Position numbers and translations under genes: made by a program
The notes under the pieces: generated by a model
The model's input: only the letters and a program-made list of their open reading frames with translations
What the model was told of the DNA's origin: nothing
Database searches by the model: none
In this document: positions 39,116 through 52,895 of the stretch, piece by piece
Numbering within the stretch: the first letter of the stretch is position 1
Layout of the letters: each line of letters opens with the position of its first letter
NCBI GenBank assembly: GCA_024137785.1
Contig: JAHRHZ010000078.1
Span: forward strand, 21,247,216-21,311,215
DNA from: Ginglymostoma cirratum
Taxonomy: Eukaryota
Length of the DNA stretch: 64,000 nucleotides
Reading direction: 5' to 3'

Positions 39116-41734
39116 ACTGAGCATGACTCACACTTAGCCAAAATGTAGTGTTTACTTGTTTCATCTGCTTTCTTAATTTGTTATTCTGGACTAGATTCCA
39201 TTCAAGAAGTGTAGTTGTCTTTTTCTGCAAATACTATGTAAAAATATCAATCTAATATAATCAGAAATAATTTCACATGACGACAGAAATGCAGATTTAA
39301 GATAAAGCTCCACTTAAATCATGAAAGAGTCTCTGCTCAGCTTTTGTTCAGATATAAATTAACTTTGATAACTAGTAACAAGCTACAACGAATCAAGTCT
39401 CTTGGATGCTGACACTATGAATCCTTAAGTTGTGTTGAAATTAATGATCCTTAACTATGCAATTGTTTACGTATGCCTCCCTAGCTCAGTCTGGATCTTT
39501 GAGCCATGAGGCCCAGGTCGAGTCCCACCTGTTACACAGATGTGCGATAGTCTGAGAAAATATTTATAGATCAGTCTGGTATTGGATATCAGTATGTTAG
39601 GGGAATTGGTGGTGTCAGAAGATGTGGTAACAAACTCAATATTCATGCTTTCCAAATGTGCCAAAGGAAGTAAGCCTGCGCAATAAAAGTCCTGATGTTC
39701 TAATTCATACAAATTTGTGATTTGCTTTTGAAAATCTTTGTTTCAAAATTCACTTAGTATAAATTTTTGAATGGCTAATTTCATGAATGATGCTCCTTCT
39801 GATTTTATTTGTTTTCTCTCTATCCAGTTACTTTCCACCTATTATCCACCACCAGTAAATCACCCGAGTTTCCAATTCATTAATTCATGTGTAAACCCTG
39901 TTAAGAGCAGTGTAATGACACTAGAGGTGGGGGAGAGATAGGGAGAAAGGGAGACGATTAATTCAAAATGAAATTGGAAGGAGTGATAAGCTTTCCACAC
40001 CCTGCAGAGCCCATCTCTCTCTTAAATCATCGATAGTATTGTTGGACGCCACATGCTCCCTCTCCAAAGATACACAGGCACAATTACAGCTGTGGAATAG
40101 GAGCCAATAAGTCAGCAACTATGATGCCCTCTACTGCCCACTGTTTGGGCCTGTTAACTGTCAGCTTGACTAGGCCCAGGAGTGGACCTATGGGGAGGCC
40201 CTCCAACTTGCCTGTCTCCCTCCGCACCAAGTGCCTAAAGATCAGGTATGTGGGCCTGAAGTAATGCCTTTTCTAAAATATCTTTCATGGAATGGGGGTG
40301 TTAATGAAAAGACCAGCATTTATTGACCTTCCCTCGTTGCCATTGATAAGGTAGTTCTGATCTGCCTTGTTGAACTGCTGCAGTTTTTGGGTTGTAAGGA
40401 CATGAACAGTACTGTTAACAAAGTAGTTCCAGGACTTTGACCCAGTCAGTGAACAAACAGTAATAGAGTTCCAAGTCCAGATGATGTGTCACTTGGAAAA
40501 GAACAAGGACCAGACCTGAAACGTCAGCCTTCCTGCTCCGCTGATGCTGCCTGGCCTGCTGTGTTCATCCAACTCTACACCTTGTTATCTCTTTATACAG
40601 ATTGTAGTGCAGTCTTATTCAAAAGGAGGCCAACATTCCATTTGTCTTCCATATTAACCGCTGAACCGCTGCAGTTCCTACTATCGCTGAACATGTATGC
40701 TAGCTTTTTGTGATTCATGCATTAGGAGCCCCAAATCCCTCTGTGCTGTAGCTTTCTGCAATCTGTCTCCATTTCAATAAAATTTATCTCTTCTATGCTT
40801 CCTGCCATAGTGTGTAACCTATGTTCTCCCACATTAACTCACTGAAATCTTGTTGCATTATTGCTGCTTGACTTTTAAACGATGTCTGATTTCTTATCAA
40901 TAAACACTTTGTAAATCAATGTCAGCCCCAACAGTAGGTGTGAGCAAGGTATTTAACATTTGGGAGTGTTTATAACTACGCCTGGCCCTGGTAATTTTTA
41001 ACTCGCTCTTATTTTGTCAATAATCATCTGAATCATGCCTTATCGACAATGCTGTGTTGACTGGATGGCTGGTTTGTGGGGCAGAGTTATGTCAACAGTG
41101 CAGGTTCTATCCCCACACCAGCTGAGGTCCCCATGAGAGTCCTGCCTTCTCAACCTTGCACCTTGCCTCATGCATAGTCACTCTCAGGTCAAACTCATCA
41201 CCAATCATTTCTCTTTCATGACAGTGTAGTTCAATGGTCCTCAGGGACTATAGTGACTTAACTTTACAGTGTCCTGTTAATATTAACGCTTTGTCTCCAG
41301 TCATTCTTTCCAAGATGGAATTCCTTCCTGTTTTAAACAATAAACCTGTCTTATTACTTGAATCAGAATGTAACTAATTGCCACTTTAGGACAAAACCGA
41401 TTGAACGTATGTGTGCGTATCTAATTAATAGTTGGAAGGAAATGATAAAGGCACAGGCAGAGCAGTCAAACTAAAGCATATCCAGCAGATGCTGGAAATA
41501 TGAAATAAAAACAGAAACTGGAGTCAAGGAGCATTCTTTTCCAAAGACAGTCATATGTTTCTCTCTCCACAGATGCTGCTAATTCTGCTGCGTTTCTCCA
41601 AAATATTCTGTTTATACGTTCAGAGCTGCACTCATTTTTTTGGAAACCAGATGAGTGTGATACAGTGAAATTATCTAATGATATTGATACTTTCTAATTA
41701 CGCTGAGACATGATAATTGCAGTGATACCATGGC

Positions 41735-42440
41735 CATAAAATATAGGAGCTGAATTAGGCCATTCAGCCTATCAGTCTGCTCTGCCAAATGATCATGGGT
41801 GATATGTTTCTCTGCGTTATTCTCTACCCGTCTCCCCAAAAACCTTGATCCCCAAACTAATTAGGAATCTGTTGCCTCTGTCTTAAAGACACTCAATGAC
41901 ACAGCTCCAGAGTCTTCTGCATCAATGAGCTCCACAGTTTTACTGCTCTCTGAAGAAATTCTTCCTCACCTCAGTTGTAAACGGTTATCACTTCACTCTG
42001 AGGCTGTGACCTTGGGTCCGATTCTTTCCCACTAATGGAAACATCTTCTCCACATCCACTCTATCCAGGCCTCTCAGTATTCTATAACTTCCAATGAGAT
42101 CCCCCCTCATCCTTCTAAACTCCATTGGGTACAGACCCAGAGTCCTCAGTCACTCATCAGATGATAAGCTCTTCATCTCCAGTATTATTCTTGAAAATCT
42201 CCTCTGGACCCTCTCCAAGGCCAGAACATCCTTCCTTAGTTACAGGGCTCAAAATACTCTGGTGGCACTCTGACCAGAGCCTTATGCAGCCTCAGCAGTG
42301 CATCCTTACTTGTGTCTTCCAGCCCTCTCAAAATGAATGCTAACATTGCATTTGCTTGTCTAACTGTCACTTGAACCTGCACGTCAACCTTAAAAGAATC
42401 CTGAACTTGGACTCCCAAGTCCCTTTGTGTTTCAGAATAC
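41735..42440 (-). mobile_element. CR1 3' fragment
   Basis: QRDLGVQVQDSFKV...ANAMLAFI...LVR on the minus strand; CR1 3'UTR near 41740. Confidence 0.8.
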
Positions 42441-43431
42441 ATCAAGTTGAATTGAACTATTAATCACAGAAAACTGTTTAAAATCAGTGGAGGCTATTTA
42501 AATACATGCAGGAAATCACAGATGGATGGGAATTATTATGTGACTAAGTCAACGGAAGACAGCTTGGAAATACACTAGCCAACAACTAACAGTTGATCAT
42601 GCACCCTGCAAATGAAAGAAATATTCAATAATGATTGTGCATGAGGATACTTCCAGAGCAACCAAAGTATAAGGTGAATCCAAAGGAGTGATGTCATTAG
42701 TAGTATAATCACTGAGAAGAGATGTCCCACTAGAAGCTCGGAGGTAGTAGGAACTGCCAATGCTGGAGTCAGAGACAACACAGTGTGGAACTGGAGGAAC
42801 ACAGCAGGCCAGGCAGCATCAGAGGAGCAGGAAAGCTGACATTTCGGGTTGGGACCCCTCTTCAGAAGAATGTTCCTCCAGCTCCATACCGTGTTATGTC
42901 CCACTAGAAGCTGCTTGATCTTGATCAGATCAGGTCTAATTGGTCTGTGGTAAACATAGTCTGACCATCTCGTGTTGCTATATGTTTTTGTTTGAGTACA
43001 CACAAATCAATTGTTTCATTTTCTTCCAATCGCCTTACTATAATAAAAATTGCTTGACTTACAACGTATTTTGTCAGTTAGAATTCTCGATCTCAGCAAC
43101 CTTACAGAGAGCAGCTCAATAAATCTGAATTGTTGTTGTGGATGTGCTCTTCCAGAGCAGAAAAAGCCATATGGTGTTGAGACTGCTGCTGCTCCAGACT
43201 TCTCTCTTATCCTCTCTTCCAGTGAAAAATTTTAGCCATGTGGGAAGATTTGATAAAATGACACTGTTTTGTTTGGGACAGCAAAGGATGAATAAAGATT
43301 TAATTAAAGTGTATGAAATTATGTGGAGTCAAGATAAACTGCAAAGCAAGGATCTATTTCACTTAGTGGTGATGCCAATAATTCAGGACATAGGTTCCAC
43401 GTAACGTACAGAAAGATTAACTTGTAACAAA

Positions 43432-46248
43432 CATAGAGCATGGATCAGTACTTGGGGCTATGATGCTGTGGCCATTACAGAGACTTGAATAACACAGGGG
43501 CAGGAATGGTTGTTGGACGTTTCGGGGTATAAATGTTTCAAAAGAAATAGGGAGGGAGGTAAAAGAGGTGGGGGAGTGGCATTGATAATCGGGGATGGTA
43601 TCACAGCTGCAGAAAGGGAGGTCATCGGGGAGACTTTGTCTACTGAGTCAGTATGGGTGGAAGTCAGAAACAGGAAAGGAGCAGTCACTTTATTGAGAGA
43701 GTTTTCTATGGACCCCCAGTAGCAACAGAGACACTGAGGAACAGATTGGGAGGCAGATTGTGGAAAGGTGCCGAAGTAATATGGTTATTGTCGTGGACGA
43801 CTTTAACTTCCCTAATATCTACTGGAACCTCCCAAGTGCAAATAGTTTGGATGGAGCAGGTTTTGTCAGGTGTATTCAGGAAGGATTTCTGACTCAATGC
43901 GTAGATACGCCAACTAGAGGAGAGGCGATATTGGATTTAGTGCTTGGCAACGAACCTGGCCAGGTGTCAGATCAGTGGGCGAAGGTTTCGATGACGGTGA
44001 TCACAACTCCCTGACCTTTACTATAGTCATCGAGAGGGATAGGAGCAGACGGTATTGGAAAGTATTTAATTGGGGGAGGGGGAACTATCATGCTATTAGG
44101 AAAGAACTGCAGAGAATAAATTGGGAACAGATGTTCTCAGGGAAATGCAAGACAGAAATGTGGAGGTTGTTTAGGGAGCACTTGCTACGAGCTCTGGATA
44201 GGTTTTTCCCATTGAGGCAAGGAAAGGATGGTAAGGTGAAGGAACCTTGGATGACAAGACATGTGGAACAGCTAGTCAAGAGGAAGAAGGAAGCTTATTT
44301 AAGGTCGAGGAAGCAAGGATCGGACAGGGCTCTAGAGGGTGACAAGGCAGGCAGGAAGGAACTGAAGAATGGACTTACGAGAGCTAGAAGGGGGCATGAA
44401 AAAGCCTTGGTGGGTAGGACTAATGAAAACCCCAAGGCATTCTATATGTATGTGAGGAACAAGAAGATGGCCAGAGTGAGGGTAGGACCAATCAGGGATA
44501 GTGGAGGGAACTTGTGTGCGAAGTCAGAGGAGGTAGTTGAAGTCCTTAATGAATACTTTGTTTTAGTATTCACCAGTGAGAGGGACCTTGACATTTGTGA
44601 GGACAGCATGAAACAGGCAGATATGCTCCAACAAGTTGATGCTAGGCAGGAGGATATGCTACAAAGTTTGAAAAACATGAGGATAGACAAGTCCCCTGGG
44701 CCAGACGGGATACACCCAAGGTTATTATGGGACGCGAGGAAAGAGATTGCTGCCCCTTTGGCAATGATCTTTGCGTCCTCACTGTCCATTGGAGTAGTAC
44801 CAGATGATTGGAGGGTGGAAATGTCATTCCCTTGTTCCAGAAAGGGAATAGGGATAATCCTGGGAATTACAGACCAGTCAGTCTTACTTCTGTGGTGGGA
44901 AAAGTATTTGAGGATTCTGAGAGACAGTATTTATGATTATTTGGAAAAGCACAGTTTGATTAAAAATGATCAGCATGGCTTTGTGAGGGGCAGGTCATGT
45001 CTTACAAGCCTTATTGAATTCTTTGATGATGTGACAAAACACATTGATGAAGGTCGAGCAGTGGATGTGGTGTATACAGATTTTAGCAAGGCATTTGATA
45101 AGGTTCCCCATGGTAAGCTAATTCAGAAAGTAAGCAGGCATGGGATGAAGGGACATTTGACTCTCTGGACACAGAATTAGCTGTCTAATAGAAGATAGAG
45201 AGTGGTAGTAGATGGAGAGTATTCAGCTTGGAGCTTGGTGACCGTGGTGTTCTGTTGAGATCTGTTCTGAGACCTCTGCTCTTTGTGATCTTTATAAATG
45301 ACTTGGATGAGGACTTGGAAGGGTGGGTTAGTAAGTTTGCTGATGACACGAAGGTTGTTGGAGTTGTGGCAGCGTGGAGGGCTGTTGTAGGTTGCAACAG
45401 GACATTGACAGGATGCAGAGCTGGGCAAAGAAGTGGCAGATGGAATTCAACCCAGAAAAGTGTGAAGTGATTCATTTTGCAAGGTTGAATTTGAATCCAG
45501 GATACAGGGTTCAAGGCAGAATTCTTGGCAGTGTGGAGGAACAGAGGGATCTTGGGGTCCACGTTCATAGATCCCTCAAAGTTGCCACCCAAGTTGATAG
45601 GGTTGTAAAGAAGCCGTATGGTGTGTGGGCTTTCCTAGGCAGGGTAACTGAGTTTAAGAGCCTCAAGGTTATGCTGCAGCTCCATAAAACCCTGGTTAGA
45701 CCACACTTGGAATATTGTGTTCCGTTCTGGTCATCTCACTATTGGAAGGATGTGGAAGCTATAGAGAGGGTGCAGAGGAGATTTACCAGGATGCTGCTTG
45801 GACTGGAGGGTGGGTCTTTTGAGGAAAGGTTGACGGAGCTAGGGCTTTTCTCATTGGAGCAAAGCAGGATAAGAGGTGACTTGAGAGAGGTGTACAAGAT
45901 GATGGGAGGCATAGATATAGTGGATAGCCAGAGACTTTTTCCCAGGGTGGAAAGGCTATTATGAGGGGGCATAATTTTATGGTAATTGGAGGAAGCGAGA
46001 GGGGAGATGTCAGAGGTAGGTTCTTTACACAGAGAGCGGTGGGTGCATGGAATGCACTGCCAGTGGTGGTAGTGCAGTCGGATACGTAGGGACATTCAAG
46101 CAACTCTTGGATAGGCAAATGGATGATAGTAAAATGTAGGGTATGCAGGGTAGGTTGATCTTAGAGTAGGATAACAGGTTGGCACAACATCATGGGCCAA
46201 AGGACCTGTATTGTGCTGTACTGTTCTATTTTCTATGTTCTATGTTCT
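43432..46248 (+). mobile_element. CR1 LINE, almost entire ORF2 (EN+RT), with a few stops/frameshifts
   Basis: AITET, DFNFPNI, KSPGPDGIHPR, QHGFVRGRSCLT, FADDTK, RPHLEYC; tail (ttctatg)n. Confidence 0.95.
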
Positions 46249-47238
46249 ACTAAAGCGGAGTTGATGGGAATTTATCTTTGCCCAGACAATGCTGAAAGTC
46301 TGGAATTTGCTGCCAGCAAAGATAATAGAGGCAGAACCCTCAGAATATTAAAGCAATGCTTGGGATATGTGTTTGAAATGTGATAACCGATAAGATTACA
46401 GACCAACAGTTAGATAGTGAACCTAGACTGTGTAAAATCACTATTATAGTGTAAAATCACCATTATAGGCATGCTGGGCTGACTGGTTTTCTGTGCAGTC
46501 AATTTTCTGTGCTCTCCTACTGGTCTATTCAAGGTCTTTCCAATTGAGACCTGACAATTACTGCCTCCCTTAAGTCCATTTCCACTTAAATCCTGACAGG
46601 CATGCTTCCCTCCGATTTCCTTTTTCACTAGCATTGTAAATAAATACCTCTTTTTAGCAATCAGATATTTGAGTTTTAGTTCTGCCACTGCTACCTTCTC
46701 TGCTTTGCTAGGCAAACCACTATCAACACTTCAATTCTCAAATTATTCATCCCCGCCCCACTCCGTGCTCTCTAACTGTCCATCAATTCCATCTTCTTAT
46801 TCTGTCAAGCTCCTCGAATGCCATCATCAGCCTCGGGTCTGTGGCTGTTAATTCTATAACTCTTTGTTTGAATTATTTCATCCTACCCTAGTGAAAAAAA
46901 AACAGACTTCCCCAAAGTCTTGGAGAACATTCTCTGTCACTGTTAGTGACTGTGGTACATTATTCCTCCATCTGTGTCTATGGGATGAACCTGACTTGTT
47001 TAAACTCAGCTACTTTCATTCATAGAATCACAGGATCGATATAGTTCAGCACAGTTCTGTCCAGCTGCATCTCTGAAGAAGGATCAGACCAGTGTTTTCT
47101 TTTTCTTTATTCATTCACAAGATGAGGGCGTCGCTAACTGGGCAGCATTTATTGCCTGTCCCTAATTGCCAAGAGTCAACCACATTGCTGTGGATCTGGA
47201 GTCACATGTAGGGCAGACCAGGTAAGGATGGCAGTTTC

Positions 47239-48495
47239 AGAGATAGTAGGAGCTGCAGCTGCTGGAGAATCTGAGATAACAAGGTGTAGAGCTGGATGAA
47301 CACAGCAGGCCAAGCAGCATCAGAGGAGCAGGAAAGCTGACGTTTCGGGCCTAGACCCTTCTTCAGGAAGGGGGAGGGGAAGGGGGCCACCCAAAGGTTG
47401 CAGGAACAGCACCTCATATTCCTCATATCCCTCACACCCCGGTCCCGCAATAATAACCAAAAAAGACTCCCCCTCATCCTCACGTACCACCCCACCAACC
47501 TCCGGATCCAACGCATCATCCTCCGACACTTCCGCCATCTGCAATCCGACCCCACCACCAAAGACATTTTTCCCTCCCCACCCTTATCTGCTTTCTGGAG
47601 GGACCACTCCCTCCACGACTCCCTTGTCCGCTCCACACTCCCCTCCAGCCCCACCACACCCGGCACTTTTCCCTGCAACCGCAGGAGGTGCTACACCTGC
47701 CCCCAACACCTCCTCCCTCACCCCAATCCCAGGTCCCAAGAAGACATTTCACATCAGGCAGATGTTCACCTGCACATCTGCCAATGTGGTATACTGCATC
47801 CGCTGTACCCGTTGTGGCTTCCTCCACATCGGGGAAACCAAGCGGAGGCTTGGGGATCGCTTTGCAGAACACCTGCACTCAGTTCGCAACAAACAACTGC
47901 ACCTCCCAGTCGCGAACCATTTCAACTCCCCCTCCCATTCCTCAGATGACATGTCCATCCTGGGCCTCCTGCAATGCCACAGTGATGCCACCCGAAGATT
48001 GCAGGAACAGCAAATCATATTCAGCCTGGGAACGCTGCAGCCCAATGGTATCAATGTGGATTTCACAAGCTTCAAAATCTCCCCTCCCCCAACTGCATCC
48101 CAAAACCAGCCCAGCTCATCTCCGCCTCCCGAACCTGTCCTTCCTCTCACCTATCCCCTCCTCCCACCTCAAGCCTCAGCCCCATCTCCTACCTACTAGC
48201 CTCATCCCTCCCCTTGACCTGTCTGTCCTCCCTGGACTGACCTATCCCCTCCCTAACTCCCCACCTATGCTCACCTTTACTGGCTCCATCCCACCTCTTT
48301 GACCTGTCTGTCTCCTCTCTATCTATCTTCTCCTCTATCCATCTTCTATCCACCTCCCCCTCTCTCCCTATTTATTTCAGAAACCCCTTCCCCTCCCCCA
48401 TTTCTGAAGAAGGGTCTAGGCCCAAAACGTCAGCTTTCCTGCTCCTCTGATGTTGCTTTGCCGGCTCTGTTCATCCAGCTCTACACCTTGTTATC
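47239..48495 (+). mobile_element. 5'-truncated Penelope-like element (GIY-YIG end + pLTR, with inverted pLTR at the 5' end)
   Basis: NVVYCIRCTRCGFLHIGETKRRLGDRFAEH (GIY-YIG). Perfect 15-bp TSD AAGGATGGCAGTTTC at 47224-47238 and 48496-48510. Confidence 0.93.
47339..47366 (-). ncRNA. Minimal type I hammerhead ribozyme motif in pLTR
   Basis: Minus strand CUGAAGA-A-GGGU(CUAG)GCCC-GAAAC-GUC: intact core, helix II and palindromic ACGU helix III. Confidence 0.7.
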
Positions 48496-49771
48496 AAGGA
48501 TGGCAGTTTCCTTCCCTTAAGGACATTACTGAACCAGATGGGTTTTTCCAACAATCGGCAATGGATTCATAGTCATCATTAGATTCTTAATTCCAGATTT
48601 TTTTTAACTGAATTCAAATTCCACCATCTGCTGTGGTGGGATTCGAACCCAGGTCCCCAGAACGTGATCTGGGTCTCTGGATTAACAATCTACTGATAAT
48701 ACCACCAGGCCATCTGTGTAAAAACATTAGTATCAAACAATGTCAAAACATTAACTCTGCTTCTCTCACCACAAATGTTGCCAGTTCTGTTGAGTTTCTC
48801 CAACATTCTCGGTGTTTGCTTCTAAACAAACCTCTCAAGCAGTACATCCCAGATTATAAAGTCTTAGAGATGTCTAGCACAGAAACAGACCCTTTGGTCT
48901 AACCTGTCCATGCCGACTAGATATCCTAAGTTCACCTAGGCCCATTTGCCAGCATTTGGGCCAGATCTCTCTAAATCCTTCCTATTCATGTACCCATCCA
49001 GTTGCATTTTAAATGTTGTAGTTGTGCCAGCGTCCACCATTTCCTCTAGCAACTCGTTCCATGCACACACCGCCCTCGACATGAAAAAGTTTCCCCTTAG
49101 GTCCCTTTTGAATCTTTCCACTCTCATCTTAAAACTATGCCCTCTAGTTTTGGACTTCCTTGCATGACTTATTTCCTCACATTGCCATTGCTTTTTTAGC
49201 CAACCACCTTGAATCCATGTCCTCTGGTTCTCAATCCTCCTGCCAGTGGGATAGGTTTCTCTTGTCTGCTCCATCCAAACCCTCATGTTTTTGAGTACCT
49301 TGATCAAATCAACTCTCAGGCTTCTCTTCTCCAAGGAGAACACTTCCAACCTCTCCAATCTATTAGTGTAACTGAATTCTTCAACCCCAGTAACATTGTT
49401 GTGAATCTTTTCTCTAATGCTTTCTATCTTCCCAAACATGTGGTGCCCAGAACTCGACACAATATTTGAATTACAGTTGAATTAGTGTCTTATGTACATT
49501 TATCATAACTTCTTGCCTTTGTCCCCTATGTTCCTGTTATAAACTGTAGATCTAACATGCTAAAAGCTTTTTATATTAGTTCTATCTCATTATGGAGGGA
49601 TGGTGTCTGAGTATTAATGTCACTAGACCAGTAGTCTACAGGCTCATGCTAATGTTCTGGAGCCCCTGCATTCTATGCCCATCATGGTAGATGGTGAAAT
49701 TTGAATTCAATTTTCTTTCAGAAAGTTGATCTAATGCTGACCATGTCATTACAGTTGATTATTGTGCAAAA

Positions 49772-50185
49772 AATAGAATCATAGAATCCCTACGGTGTGG
49801 AAACAGGCCATTCAGCCCATTGAGTCCACACCAAATCTCTGAACAGCACCCACCCAGACCCATCCCATCCATATAACCATACATTTCCCATGGCCATCCA
49901 CCTAACCTGCACATCTTTGGACTGGGGAGGAAACCAGAGCACTCAGAGAAAACCAGGGTAGACACAGGTAAAATGTGGGAACTCTACACAGACAGTTACC
50001 TCTATGTATCCGTCTAAGTCTTTTGATCTGTACATCCATTACTATGATCAGCCTATGCCTCTCGTAAACAAAGTTTTTCACTGTATTCCGGTACACATGA
50101 TGAAAAAAAAAATCAATCAATCAATCAAACCTGGGTTTCTGGCACTATGAGGCAGCTGTGCTAACCACTGAGCCATGTACTACCC
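49772..50185 (-). mobile_element. V-SINE (HE1-like) inserted in a Deu-type SINE (49595-50350)
   Basis: Matches 3728-4068; (tagaatca)n tail at ~49773. The host SINE also occurs at the equivalent position in unit A (25185-25690). Confidence 0.7.
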
Positions 50186-51129
50186 TGGCCCACTAATGTA
50201 TTTTAAAGAGAGAAATCTGTTGTCCTTACCTGGCCAACATGTAACTCCAGACACACAGCAATGTGGTTGATTCTAAAGTGCCCTCTGGCCAATTAGGGAT
50301 GGGCACTAAATGCTGGCCCAGTTAGGATTGCCCACATCCCGTGAATAAATATAAAAACAAAAATTCATGCGTAAATATCCCGAGCTCCTTCTGCTCCTGC
50401 ATCCCCTTTAGAATTGTATCCTTTAATTTGTTGACCTTAGGCATGATGACCCTCAGGTTAAACCACCACCACTCACCTCTATTTAATGAGAGAGAATCCT
50501 TATGGTTTGGTGTGACCATGGCAACTTTACCCACCAAAATTTACTACTTCATCCTTCTCTGCTCTATATTTTAGTTGATTCTTGTCTGCCTATTTCACAA
50601 TTTGCCAATGTGCTTTTGAATTTCAACACAATCCTACTCACTATTCACAAGTTTCCTATTGCTCACGAATTTGGAAATGATGCCCTGTACCCTAAGATCT
50701 ACATTATTAACAGATAGCAGAAAGATCCTAACACTAACTTCTGGCTTACTGTACTATAAACGTTTTCTCAGTTCACCACTACTCTGATTCCTGTCACTCA
50801 ATCAATTTCTTTTTATCCATGTGCATTGCCCCTTTTACTTCCCAAGTCCATTTTGTTCATATGTCTATTTTGCAGCACCTTACCAAACACCTTTTGCACA
50901 GCCTCTCAATGGCATTGCCCTCATCCACCCTCTCAGTGGAAGTCTTGTTGCACAGTCTCTACCATTGACCAGAAGCTCTGGGTTTGAGTCTCATACCTCG
51001 AATTGTTGACCATGGAGATGCATTCATTAGAACTTGATTGTCAGTCTGTAAATATTGTTGGATACACCTGAGGGCAAGCAGTCAGACCAGGAAAATGTCC
51101 GGGCCAGCAACCCTGAGTTATCATGTTAT

Positions 51130-51900
51130 AGAGGTATACATTACAGGAAAAGGCCCTTCGGCCTACTGAGACTGCGCTAGTCAAAAACTACCACCTAACT
51201 ACTCTAATCCCATTTATCAGCATTTGGTCCATAGCTTTGTTTGTCTTAGCAGCACAAGTACACATCTCAAAACTTCTTAAAAGTGATAAGGGTTTCTGCT
51301 TCTACTTCCCTTACAGGCAGAGAGTTCCAAAATCCCACCACCGTTTCAGTGAAAGAAACCTTCTTCTGATCCCCTCAAAATGTCCTGCTCCTTACCTTAA
51401 ACCTATGTTCCCTGATCATGGATGTCCCCCTGCCTGCACGAGGAAGAGTTTTTTCCTGTCTATTTTATCTATGCCCCTCATAATTTTATACATCTCAGTC
51501 ATGGCCTCCCTCAGTCTCCTCTGCTGCAAGGGATAAGAAAATACAAGACTATCCAATCTCTCTTCATAACTGAAACTCTCCAGCTCAGCAGGCAATATTC
51601 TGATAAATCCCTTGTGCACCCTCTCCAATGAAATCACATTCCTACCACAATGTGGATTCTAGAACTACACACAATACTCTAGCTGTTGCCTAACAAATAT
51701 TTTGTACAGTTCCAGCATAACCTCCCTGTTCCTAATCTCTATGCAGTGGCTAATAAAGGAAAGTACCCCACATTCCTTCTTAACTACTTTATCTACCTGT
51801 TCAATGAACCGTGGAACCAGTGGACATGCACACCAACGTCCCTCTGATCCTGGATGGTTGCCAGGCCTCTGCTGTTCATCATGTATTCTTTACCTTGCTC
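51130..51900 (-). mobile_element. CR1 3' fragment
   Basis: LERVHKGFIRILP...SYEERL...MYKIMRGIDKID. Confidence 0.8.
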
Positions 51901-52529
51901 ATCCAAATGAAAACAAGGGCAAATCGCTAGAGCACTTCGGTGATCACAAGAGTACTTTGCCCATAATCGTGGACCAATCCAATGGAAGTCTATAGCACAA
52001 CCTTTGGAAGTTAGGATGGGTGAAAAGCCAGATTCCCTCTGTAGTATCATTAAAAAAGAACTCCAGTTTAACGCAATTTGCTCTTAACATTCCAGCTCCG
52101 CGAGTCAACCTACCTCAACACACACAACCTGAGCTACAAATCTACTCCAAAATCTTAAATAGTTAGCTAAATAGAATAACAGAATTAATTTCAGGAAAAA
52201 TTTAAAGAAAACGTTTTTTTAAAAAATTAACCTGTTCAGGGATATTGATGCACCCCTCTGGAGCAAATGGGACCTGAAACTCTAGGCTGAACACTTTATA
52301 TTGATGAGCGTCAACTTCATCTCACAGCTGGGCTGAATTAGGTGTATACTCCATTTAGCGTTCTCCTGAAACAGTTACACTTCCGCAATATGAAAAAAAA
52401 GGTATCTTTTCAAGACTTAACAACAATACAGATGATTTAATTCTCAGGATTTTATTTACACATAAACAGGAAACAATTCTCTATTTTGTTTCTCATCTCA
52501 CTCTCGTTCACTGCATAAAGCTGTTCAGG

Positions 52530-52830
52530 CCGGGTGGGGATATTCCGGGAAGTGCTCAACAGTGAGTTCTCTTTTCCGACAAGGAAATTTGTTAATGTCA
52601 ATAATTCAATCATCATATCGAAACTAAAAGTTTTAAACCAAGGACGAATCAGCTGCTCGCGCACTTTGCTTTGATAAATTGTAATGTACAGAAGAACAGT
52701 GTAATTCGATTTCGTTTGCTCTCACACAAGACAACAGGAAAGTTGTGATCTTCCCCAGACCCGGCAGTGGATCGAGCCCTGAGCTGTACTTGTTCCTGGG
52801 ATCACCTGTGCTGCTTTTATGTCGACACCG
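52530..52830 (+). promoter_or_regulatory. Putative promoter of paralog B
   Basis: kB consensus GGGATATTCC (52537-52546) overlapping GAS TTCCGGGAA (52543-52551); degenerate ISRE GAAACTAAAAGT (52620-52631); CpG-enriched. Confidence 0.55.
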
Positions 52831-52834
52831 AGAT

Positions 52835-52895
52835 CAGTTTGAACCTCGATTTAGCGCTGAGCTGGTTAGATCTCTACATATTGCTTACATCAAAG
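52835..52895 (+). other. Putative non-coding exon 1 of paralog B (start uncertain)
   Basis: Homologous to 27060-27119; donor caaag|gtacag. Confidence 0.55.

Larger units (their letters stand above)
47105..48712 (-). mobile_element. Deu-type SINE split by a Penelope insertion
   Basis: Halves 47105-47238 and 48496-48712 rejoin into a copy of the 2470-2825 SINE. Confidence 0.8.
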
